DNA from: Chiloscyllium plagiosum
Lineage: Eukaryota
Assembly (NCBI RefSeq): GCF_004010195.1
Contig: NC_057718.1
Location: forward strand, 100,572,411 to 100,636,410
Direction: 5' to 3'
DNA length: 64,000 nt
Under the pieces are notes generated by a model, which did no database searches, was not told the DNA's origin, and was given only the letters and a program-made list of their open reading frames with translations. A program made the position numbers and the translations under genes. Position 1 is the first letter of the stretch, and the number at the start of each line of letters is the position of its first letter. Below, piece after piece: positions 14,101 through 26,100 of the stretch.

Positions 14101-17100
14101 ACCATTATTTTAAACAATTCAATTATAAATTATATTCACAGATTTTTGGTATACAATGCCTTCAATAATTTCTTGAGATCACGAGGCATGAATCAAATTG
14201 GCTGAAGACAAGCATGTGTCATGCTGAAGCCTCAGAAGGAAGTTGACATTCATCATCCACCTGAGCTGGATGAACAAGTTACATTTTAGCATCAAAAGAT
14301 GGCATCTTCTCTTAACTTCAGCACTGAGGGAGTGTTGCACTTAGTACCAACTTAAATTCTCTGGAGCAGAGTGCAAGCACAAAATTCTTTTCTGTAAAGG
14401 CATGTGAAAACTAAGATGAGTGTATCCAGATCTAGTAGAATTTACGAAATACATCAAGTCTGTTATATTGAGTGAGGCAAATAAATTTCTATGGTTGAAG
14501 AAAGGGATAGTACTGCTTAGAAACAGACATTTTCACTGGTATTTGTGGAATATTTCTCTTGATTTCATGCCCAATATATCTTTTACGTTTTAAATACAAA
14601 TCTGTAGCTATCCAGGAGTATATTCAATTTTCTCTTCATTAATATTTTGATGTCAAAGTAGCCCTTTTTGTTAGAGACAAAAAAAACTGCAGATACTAGA
14701 ATCTAGAGTGGACAAGCAGAAGACTGAAAGAACACAGCAGGCCAGGCAGCATCAGGAGGTAAAGAAGTCGACATTTTGATATAACCTTTCTTCAAGACTT
14801 GGGATGGGTCTAAGGTGAGCTGCAGATAAAGGGGGTGGTGGAGCAGGGTGGTGTAGTGGGGATAGGTGAATTCAGATAGATGGTTGGTCAATGGGAGGAA
14901 TGAATCCATAAGGTGGGTGGGAGGAGTGGAAGGGAGGGGGGAGGGGCTGGGAAGAGAGTGAGGGGAAGGGAGGTTTTTGAAATTGGAGAACTCAAAGTGG
15001 AGTCCTCCAGGCTGTAGGCTACCCAGGCAGAAGATGAGGTGTTGTTCCTCCAATTTGCGGTTTGGTTCGTTGTGGCAATGGGAACAGTCCTTGCGGAAGG
15101 CAGAGAGGGATGGGGAGGGGAAGATGCGCTTGGTGATGGGGTCTAGTTGGAGTTGGTGGAAGTGTTGAACGATGATGTGTTGGATGCGAAGACTAGTGGA
15201 GTGGTAGGTGAGGACAAGGAGGACTCTGTTCTTATTGCGTTTGGTGCGGGGAGGGAGCAGTTTAGAGCAGTAGAACAGGGAGTGGAGGTGGTAGGGTGGA
15301 GCAATCTACTTTAAAACTCCCAAAAAGAATGGACGAATCTTCAATTCTCTGATGTTGTGCAATTCCTAACATTTTTTGATACTTATTTTGCTTGGTTCAT
15401 TTTAAGTCAATAAAATATTTGATTTTGAATATTATAGTAAGTCATATTATTTGTTGATTCAGCAATACTAGAGTTTAGATTCATGCAGCGCGCTGTGCCC
15501 TTGCTGAACAGGGCAGTGAAAATAATACAACAGAATTTCTCAACAAAAGTAGTCAAGTCTTTGGAGCTAAATTCAGAATTAAATTGAAAGCTATAAATGA
15601 TATTAGACCAAGAGCTAGCTTTACTGCCTTGACTTCAAGAGGACTGGTAAACAAAAAGGGAAATTATTCGATAGTTATATAAAGATCGAGTTACCATTTA
15701 TAGTAGGGTCTAGCTCTGTGGTCCACACCTCAAAAGGATATACTGGCCACCTGGGAGATGCAGTGCAATTCATTGGAGTTTTAGTGAAGCTAAAGAGTTA
15801 AAGTGTGAGAAACACATTTCATAGACCAGGCTATTACTCCCAATTACAGACAACACTGGGATGTGAGACAGGGTGGTAGATCTAATGGATAGGATTGGAT
15901 AGGGTACACAGAGAAATTATTTCCTTTCGGGATCCCTGAATAAGTGGACGCGAACTTACATTTTTATCCAAGCCATTAAAGAATGACATCAGGAAAAAAA
16001 AATCCACAAAGGATTGTAGAAATCTGGAACTCACTTCCTTCAAAAGATTTTGAGGTTAGGCCCATTGAAAAATTTGAAGAAAAAGATCAAGACTATGTCC
16101 AATATTGTTGCCCCTCACCACCTCAGATATTTAAGCAGTCCATGTCCAGGCTGACAAGTGGCAACAAATAATTGCACCACCCATGTGCCAGGCAATGAAC
16201 ATCTCCAAGAAGAAGAAAACTAAGCATTACTCTGGACATTGCCATCACTGAATCCCCTACTACTAAAACCCTGAAGATTACTATTGTTCTGATATGCAAC
16301 TGGACTTGCCATAGAAATGCTATAGCTACAAGAGCAGTTCACAGGCTAGGAATCCTGCTGCCAGCATCTCGCCTCCTGACTCTCCAAAGTCTGTTTAGCA
16401 TCTACAAGGTACAAGTCAGGAGTGTGACAGAATATCCCCCACTTGCCTAGATAAATGTAGTTACAACAATGTTCAAAGAAACTTGAAACTATCTAGGGCA
16501 TCCACAAACATCAAACTGAAACACAATGCCTACAGTGTGTATCATCTACAAGACATACTGCATAAATTCACCAAGGCTCTTTCACCAGTGTGTTCCAAAT
16601 CCATGATCACAAACATTTAGAAGGGCAAGGGCAGCAGATATATGGGAATACCACCCCTACAAGTTCCTCTCTAAGCCACTCACCATCCTGACTCAAATAT
16701 ATCACCATTGCTTCAGTGTCGCTAGATCAAACATCCTGGAACTCCCTCTCTAACAACACTATGGGTCTACTCAGCAGTTTAGATTAGATTCCTTACAGTG
16801 TGGAAACAGGCCCTTCGGCCCAACAAGTCCACACCGACCCGCCGAAGCGCAACCCACCCATACCCCTTCACCTAACACTACAAGCAATTTAGCATGGTCA
16901 ATTCACCTGACCTGCACATCTTTTGACTGTGGGAGGAAACCGGAGCACTCAGAAGAAACCCATGCAGACACGGGAGAATGTGCAAACTCCACAGTCAGTC
17001 GCCTGAGGCGGGAATTGAACCCGGGTCTCTGGCGTTGTGAGGCAGCAGTGCTAACCACTGTGCCACCCATAAAGGCAGTTCACGAAGACAGTTGATCACC

Positions 17101-20100
17101 ATTTTCTCAAGGGCAACTAAGAACAGGCAATTAAATGCTGGTCTAGCCAATAACACCCAAAACAGCTACATAATTCTTTGAAGTTTACGTCACACTTGCC
17201 TTCCTTGCTCAGACCTTTGAGAATAGGAGTTGGGATGTTGGTGAGGCCTCTTCTGGAGTACTGGGTGCAGTTCTGGTCTCCCTGCTATAGGAAGAATGTT
17301 AAGCTGGAAAGGGTTCAGAACAGATTGACCAGGATGTTGCAGAGAATGGAGGGTTGAGTTGTAAAGACAGGCTGAATAGCTGGGATGTTTTTCCCATTGG
17401 CGAGTAAGCGGTTGAGGGGTGACCTTATCGAGGTTTATAAAACCATGAGGGGTATAGATAAGGTGAATGGCAGGTGTTATTTCCCTAGGGTGGGGGATTT
17501 CAAGTCTAGGGTGCATATTTTTAAAGGTGAGAAGAGAAAGATTTAAAGACACGAGGAGCAATTTTTTTTCCCCCCAACACGGTTTGTGTGTGAAATGAAC
17601 TTCCACAGGAAGTGATGGATGCAGGTACATCTACACTGTTTAAAAGATATTTAGATAAGTTCACGAATAGTAAAGGTTTGGAGGAATATGAGCAGAGTCC
17701 AGGCAAGGGGACTAGTTTAGTTTGTCATTATGGTCGACATGGACCAGTTGGACTGAAGGGTCTGTTTCCAAGCTGTATGGCTCTGACTCATGAACTTATT
17801 TTTAAAAAACTGAATGGCATAATAAGCCTGTGGAGTTCAATGACTTGTTTCTCTTATGTTCCCACAATAATGGTGTAAGACAATTTATTATTGCATATTT
17901 AATAGTAGATTTACAAACTAAATATTGTAATGACCATATTGTTACATATTTCTAAGTGTAGTGCAAACCATTAACCATTTTCTTTGTCAGTCTCCATTTT
18001 GTTAACAAGAGGCAATGCAATTTCATTCTTGATCAGGATACTCAATAATATTTCTTCCACCAGTGTGGAATAGATCTTATCCAATGTTTAACGGATTAAC
18101 ATTTTTGCTAGAACAGTCTTTCCACAAATTTGAAGAGAGAATTCTAGTTGGTTTGGACCTATTTACAGCAGCACGCAAATGGTGTTTCAAAAAAAAAACT
18201 TTCCTTTCTCTCTCTCACAAAGCTGAGCCATAATTACTTTTTTTGACCATGTGTGTAAGATTAGCACAAAGGTATTTGAGAAAATTGCTGGAAGAGTAAT
18301 ATTTCAAATGACTGCATTAACTGTGCCACTCAGATATCCCCACCTAATGGCTAGTAAAATAACAACAATAGTCGTACCCAATCCTGACTGTTGGGTAATT
18401 CTAAACAGCACTACATTCAAAAGGTGGACCAATTACCGAATCCAACCATCTGGTGAACATATCAAGAGGACAGCAAATGTGCACCATAATTTATATTTTA
18501 CCAGCAGTTAACTGCTACAACAAGCAGGCAGCTGTAAACCTGGGAAATCAGCAAACATCTCTAGTAGTAAATGAGGGGAAACATATTTGTTAGCTGCTAC
18601 TAAAGCATTTGAAAAATGCCAGCCTCATGTTTATTATGATGTGACACTGCCACAGTTTTAAATTGCATATGTTAGATTCTTGTAGAAATTGTCGCCCACT
18701 TTATGAAGGATCCAATCAATCCACTGGAATTATTGGGAAAAATTTCCACTGACTGAAGTTATTCCTAGCACAAAGGAAATTGGCTGTTGTTATTCAAAGT
18801 CACTCATCTCAGCTTCAGGATATCTCTGCTGGAGTTCCTCAGAGAGGTGTCCTCAGTCCAACCATCTTCAGCTGCTTCATCAATGAACTTCCCTTTATCA
18901 TAAGGTCAGAAGTGTTCACTGAACATTTGCACAATGTTCTGCACTGTTCACAAATCCTTAGAAACTGAAGCAGTTCATATCCAAATGCAACAAGACCTGG
19001 ACATATCCAGGTTTAGGCTGACAAGTGGTAAGTAACATTGGTGCCACACAACTACCAGGTAACAACCATCTCCAACAAGAGAGAATGCAACTATCACCTC
19101 TTAGTACTAAATGCTATTACCATAGTATCCCACATTAATCAAAACCCAGTAGTTACCACTGACCAGAAATGGTAATGAAATAGCCATAGAAATACAGTAG
19201 CTGCAAGAGGAGATCAGAGTAAGTATCCTGCAGCAAATAACTCACCTGCTGACTCCTGGAGCCTGTCCATCATTTACACCTCACAAGTTAGGAGCACGAT
19301 GTAACGCACTTCCTGAAAATCATCCAGAAAAGGTAGCCCACCTTACCGAAACCACATACACAAATATTTAAACACCCCACCACAAACAAAGTTCAGAAGG
19401 GAAATTCATTATATTCAACAAACAATCGACTTAAATACAGCTCCAGTTTTGGATAATTAAAAAGGTAAACATATTCTTATTAAGCTACTTCCATGAAAGG
19501 AGAGCAAATAAGTACTCTGAATTCCAAACAGAGAGCAGAGTTCCATGTTGCTTTGGCAACTGGATCCAGCAACTTAATAAAAGTCATTGATTCCTTGACA
19601 GTTCCCTAACCAAGCTCCTACTTAATTGAGCTGTAGTAGGGTATGAAATCAACTGGGAGAAAGTGAGGACTACAAATGCTGGAGATCAGAGTTGAGAGTG
19701 TGGTGCTGGAAAAGCACAGCAGGTCAGGCTGCCTCCGAGGAGCAGGAGAATCAATGTTTTGGGCTTTCGTGAGGAAGGGCTTACGCCCGAAACATCGATT
19801 CTCCTGCTCCTCGGAGGCTGCCTGATCTGCTGCGCTTTTCCAGCACCACACTCTCGACTCTGTAGTCAGGTATACGGCATTTAAGAAAAGATGAGAAATG
19901 GCATCAGGGCACGTGCCAAATAATACCAGATCATCTATCTATACAACACTCTGCCTCATTTTGTACGAGGAAACAAAGCAAAGCAACCAGATAAGATTTT
20001 GAATTAAATGCAATAACCAAATGGGACAAAAATTCTTGGAAAATGTCTCTTTAAAAATTACAACATGCTATCTTTATGCAAAGAGTGCATTGCGGTCCCC

Positions 20101-23100
20101 TACTTGAAGTGAGCTTCATTATCAGAAGTCTAATCTGAAGAACCAGTAGCCAAGGATATATTATTATAATCCTGCACATCATTGCTCCAAAAATTCCTTT
20201 AAGTCACATGATGAAGCTTGTTATATTAGACGATGGTCAGCAATAAAGTTGCTATGAAAAAAAAGTCACCCAATTTTCTCCTCTTCAAATTCTATTATGC
20301 CCACGCAAGAACTCAAACCAAATACACATCTTACAGATGCTTCAAGAAGCATAAATTTTGCCAATGCATGTCCAGGAAGTCAAGTCAACGCAAGTAAACA
20401 ACAATGCTGCTATGAACTTCAATTTGCAGGAGATTTGTTTTATTGTCGAAACAAATCCAAAATATCAAGACTGAGAGTTCACAAAGTTAAAAATCACACA
20501 ACACTAGGTTATAGTCCAACAGGTTTAATTGGAAGCACACTAGCTTTTGGAGCGTCGCTCCTTCATCAGGTGATAGTGGAGGGCTCAATCCTAACACACA
20601 GAATTTATAACAAAAATTTAGTGTGATGTAACTGAAATTATACATTGAAAAATTGATTGTCTGTTAAGCTTTGCATCTGTTAGAATACCATGATAGTTTC
20701 ACTTCTTTCATGTGTAAATCACAAAACCTTTTTTAAAAAGTTGCATTCTTGGGTTAGCTGTTAACAATGGTGATAGCTAGACAATATGTTGAAGGTGTTA
20801 GCCCCCTGTGTTCCCTGTCTATGCCATAATGTTTAGATTGATTCTAATCTAAAAAAGTGAGATAATCTAATCTAAAAAGTGAGATAACGGAGTTTTACAT
20901 GAATTCATGCAGTTTGTGAGCAAAGTACAATGTAACCCTGCAAGTACAAATTCATCCCACAAAATATATGTGTGCATGTGGGTCTTTGTCTGTCTGTGTG
21001 TGTGTGTCTGTCTGGGTTGGGGGTTGAGTGTGTGAGAAAGTGTATGTGTGTGTGTGCAGTGAGTGCAGAGTGTCTTAAGTCTGTGAGAGGGTGCATCTGT
21101 GAGTGTGGGAGTCTGTGTGCGCGTCTGTGTATATGTGTATGTGTGTATAGGAGTGCCTGTGTGTGTGGGCGTATGTGTATAGGAGTATCTGTGTGTATGT
21201 ATAGTGCAATGGTGGTCACCTGTAATGTGACATGAACCCAAGGTCTTGGTTGAGGCCCTCCCTATGGGTACCGAACTTAGCTATCAGCCTCAGCTCAGCC
21301 ACTTTTTGCTGCTGCCTGTCCCGAAGTCCGCCTTGGAGGATGGTCACCCGAAGGTCTGAGGTCAAATGTCCTGGACCACTGAAGTGTTCCCCAACTGGAA
21401 GGGAACACTCCTGTCTGTTGATCGTTGTGCGGTGCCCATTCATCCGTTGTCGTAGCCTTTGCTTGGTTTCCCCGATGTACCATGCCTCCGGGCATCCTTG
21501 CCTGCAACGTATAAGATAGACAACATTGGGCTGTGTCACATGAGTACCTGCCATGTACAAGGTGGAAGGTATCCCCACGTGTAATGGTGGTATCTATGTC
21601 CACACTCTGACACGTCTTGCAGCGCCTACTGTGATAGGGTTATATGGAGTTGTCCTGAGAGCCGGGCAGCTTGCTGCGATCAACGATCTGTTTGAGGTGT
21701 GGTGGTTATTTAAAGGCAAGTAGTGGAGGTGTGGGGAAGGTCATGGTGAGGTGCTCATCCTCATTGATAATGTGTTGCAGGTCACGAAGAACATTGCGTA
21801 GTTTTCCAGCTGCTGGGAAACACTGAACAACGAAGGGTACCCTGTCAGTTGCAGCACGTGTCTGTCTCCTGAGGAGGTCATTACGGTTCCTTGCTTGGCC
21901 CGTCGGAACTGGCAGTCGATGAGTTGGGCATCGTACCTCGTTATTGTGAGGGCATCCCTGAGTACTTCCAGGTGTCCGTCACGTTCCTCTTCATCTGAGC
22001 CGATCCTGTGTACGCGTAGGGCTTGTCCATAGGGGATGGCTGTTTTAATATGTTTTGAGTGGAAGCTGGAGAAGTGTAGCATTGTGAGGTTGTCTGTGGG
22101 TTTGCGGTAGAGTGTGGTGCTGAGGTGTCCATCCTTGATGGAGATGCATGTGTCCAAGAATGAGGCAGATAGTCGAGAAAAGTCCATGGTGAGTCTGATG
22201 GTGGGATGAAACTTGCTGATGTCATTGTGTAGTTTTATCAGTGACTCCTCGCCATGGGTCCAGAGGAAGAAAATGTTGTCAATGTACCTGGTGTATAATG
22301 TTGGTTGGAGATCCTGCATAGAGAAGAAGTCTTGTTCGAACCTGTGCATAAAAATGTTGGCATATTGGGGTGCAAATTTGGTCCCCATGGCTGTTCCATA
22401 TGTCTGGTGAAGATGTTGTGATCAAGGATAAAGCGGATGAGTTGTAGGATGGTGTTTGGAGATTGGCAGTTGTTGGTGTTGAGTACTGAGGCTGTTGCCA
22501 CGATGCCATCACTTTTTAGATTAGAATCAATCTAAAAATCATGGCATAGACAGAGAACACAGGGGGCTATCACCATTGTTAATAGCTAACCTGAGAATGC
22601 AACTTTTTAAAGAAAGGTTTTGTGATTTACACATGTAAGAAGTGAAACTATCATGGTATTCTAACAGATGAAAGGCTTAACAGACAATCAATTTTTCAAT
22701 GTATAATTTCAGTTTACATCACACTGTAAATTTTTGCTATACATTCTGTGTGTTAGGATTGAGCCCTCCACTACCACCTGATGAAGGAGCGACGCTCCAA
22801 AAGCTAGTGTGCTTCCAATTAAACCTGTTGGACTATAACCTGGTGTTCTGTGATTTTTAACTTTGTATACTCCAGTTCAACACCGGCATCTCCAAATCAT
22901 GACTACTAACGAGAGTTCACAAGTTTACCTTCATAAAAGTCAATTGAGACAGATTCAGTTACCAACTGTGTACCTTTACTGGGTCCAACATAGAATGCGC
23001 CGCCATTTTAGAAATTATGCAACCTTAACCAATTGCAGTGCCCTTCTCTAACATTTTTGATCAGAATATTAAATTGTAAAGCTACAGCTCATCTTGCACT

Positions 23101-26100
23101 CTGAAGAAAGAGTGCACCTTCTTATACTTAATGCAAACGTCATTAACTTGTACAATAGCATGTTAAATTCACTGTTAAGGACCTGGACATTAAAAAAAGC
23201 TGACACTCCACTGCATTCTAAGCAAGTGCCACACTGTTGAGAGATATTATCTTTTCAATAACATGATAAGCAGAGGCCCTTCTGCCTGCTCAGGGAAAAG
23301 ATCCCTGAACATTATCTTGAAGAGAAGGGGAGGTATCCCTAGACCCTGGCTAATATTTAATATCTCAAATTAAAATAACAAAGACAGTTTGCCTTACTAT
23401 CACACAACTTTATGTGAGAGTTTGCTGTGCACAATTTAGCTGCCGCATTTCCAACATAACAATAACGGCTACACTTCCAAAGTATTTCATTAGCTTTAAA
23501 GAGTAGAGTCATACAATGGATATGAAAAACCCAATAAAGTTTATATTAGGTGAAATATGATTACATTACTCAGTTCCTTAATCTTTCTAAAACAGTTCAC
23601 CTGGTTGGGACCCCAGGCATATTTGAAATATCTATTTTCCCCAACATGACGGCTATACATTTTGCCTATGAAACTTTACTTAAGGAAGGAATAAAACATA
23701 CACACCCACCTGATGAAGGAGCGGCGCTCCGAAAGCTAGCGTGCTTCCAATTAAACCCTGTTGGACTATAACCTGGTGTGCGATTTTTAACTTTGTACAC
23801 CCCAGTCCAACTCTGGCATCTCCAAATCATATCAAATTGAGGACTTTCTAGTGTCTTGCATTCAATGGGATATAAACACCAAACAAAAAGGATTATAAAA
23901 AAAGTCACCTCATTCCACCTTTCTCGGTTGGACACTTGATCCACAGAACATAACCTTTTGCTTATGTTTTCTATCCATTATATATTTGCAGGATGCCCGT
24001 CTTGTTTATGAATGAAAATCTGCAGGTTTGTGTTTACAGGGGACATAGTTTATAATTAATTTTACCGCTTGTTGAAAGATAACTTTGGTTATAATGAATA
24101 AGTCTGACTTTCTCGTTTATTGATAAAACCCAGGAGTGTTTCTTTTTTCCTAGTTAACAGTCAAAGTCAGGCAAATTAATCACCTTGATGATTCAACTGG
24201 TCATTTATATATTTATGGCAGCTTGTGGAATAGTGGGGCTCAATTTCCAGCTGACGTTCTGCAACAGATTATCTTCAATACATGCACTGCAAAGATTCAA
24301 TGCAACAGTCCCACACTGCCACTTTCTCAAAATCAATAAGAGATGAGAAATAAAGGTTTGAGGAATAAATGACAGCTTTCTCAGTGACATCTTGAGAATG
24401 AAGTATAAAACAACTTCAAATATTAACATCACAGTTAATAAACAGAAGGCTAACATATCTTAGGGGAATTAAGATAGTTTAAGAATGGAAATCCCTTGTA
24501 AAGGACAGCCACCCATTGTTGGTCCTCAATATCCAGGTTGTTATGAATTCATAATAGAGCAAATTCTCTGGCCAGAATAAGTCAGCAATGCTTTTGAAGG
24601 TGGAAAATAAATTGAGCAGAGAGGGGAAAAAAAAATCTACCAATTGTTCGGTTCATTCTTTAGATCTTTCTACATGGATTATAGCCAGTTATCACAACTT
24701 TGGTAGCCATTGGTTGCAGTGGGCTGAAGGACTAATCTTGCTCAAAACAGTAGCATGCTACTCCTAAACTCAGCACAAGTGACCAGTTAGCTGCATGCAA
24801 TGATATTAGCTATCTCTTTCTGTCCAAGATTAAGGATTCTGCGTAATCAAGAGGAAGGATGGGAAAAAAAAGAGCTGCTCCTTTTTGAAATATTTTCAGT
24901 GTTAGAGCCAATTTTATTGAATTCTAGGGGCAGTAATTACAGTTTTATAAGCTGTTGCATTGTTTTGGAACTTTGGAAAAGATCAAAACAGCACAATGAA
25001 TCAAATGGAGAAATAAACCTGCATTGCTGTCTGACCCAGCAACGTAATCTGCACAGCTGACTGTTTTGCTGCCTGATTTCAAGTACCTCTGGACATTGGA
25101 GTCATCTAAGAAAAATTAACAAGCAGTGAAATTCAAAACTGGCATTGGAGAAACTTTTGTGGGAGAGCTCACAGCAGGGGAGCAGCTAAGTGGCTTCTTA
25201 AAGTGTAACTTTTTTTTTGAAAATCTACAATAGTGAGTAAAGTGGGTTCCTTTTTGATTATATGTTTTATTGAGATCTGCCTCTTGATTGAACTATAAAA
25301 ATATAAAACTTAGGTATTAAGTTAGCCTGGAGTAGTAAGTTTTTTAAGCAGTAAACAGTGCTGGGTCTGTAGATTGTTAAAGTGCAAAGATGGCCTTTAG
25401 TAGATTGATGTGGTTTACTGTTGGACATGGGAGAGTAAGGACAGTTTCCATGTTAGTGATGATTATGTCTGCAGGAAGTGTCTTCAGTTATGAATCCTAT
25501 CATATCACATGGATCAGTTGGAGCAGCAGTTAAAGGCAATGAGAAATTACAGGAGTTGGAGATGTGATGGATGGCAGTTGGAGGAAGGGAGATAACCTGA
25601 AGATACAAATCAGATAGGTGGCTTACCTCCAGGAAAAGTAGGAAAGGGAGGCAGGTCCTGCAGAACTCTCCTGTGGCTATTCCCATCTCAAAAAGGTATG
25701 CTGTTTTGTAAAATGTAGCTGTGTGATGGACTCAGGGGAATGTACCTCTGACTGCCAGGTTTCCGGTACGGAGGCTGGCTCTAAAGTAATATGGGGTACG
25801 TCAGGTTTCAAGCGATCAATTTTGATAGGGGAATCTCTAGTCAGAGGCACAGACAGATGTTTCTGCAGCCAACAGAGAGACATCAGAATGGTGTATTGCC
25901 TCCCAGGGGCCAGGATCAAGGATATCTCAGAGGGTGCAGAATATTCTCAAAGGGGAGAGGGACCAACAGGAGGTTGTTGTACATGTCGGAACTAACAACA
26001 AATGAAGACAAAAGGATGAGATTTTGAGGAGACAATATAGGCAGGAAGTTAGGCAGGAATTTAAAAAGGAGGTCCTCAAACACAGTAATATCTGGATTAT

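Noticed and set aside
13340..14185. Possible old solo LTR starting TGTTACGA (similar candidates near 1540-2600 and 57596-58740)
   Set aside because: No matching ...CA end or TSD could be defined by eye
19631..19874. Possible TSD CTGTAGTAGGGTAT / CTGTAGTCAGGTAT around the 19656 hairpin
   Set aside because: Mismatched and separated from the element end by ~11 nt; cannot be supported
20867..21241. His/Thr-rich and Cys/Val-rich ORFs
   Set aside because: Artefacts of the (TG)n tract in the PLE UTR
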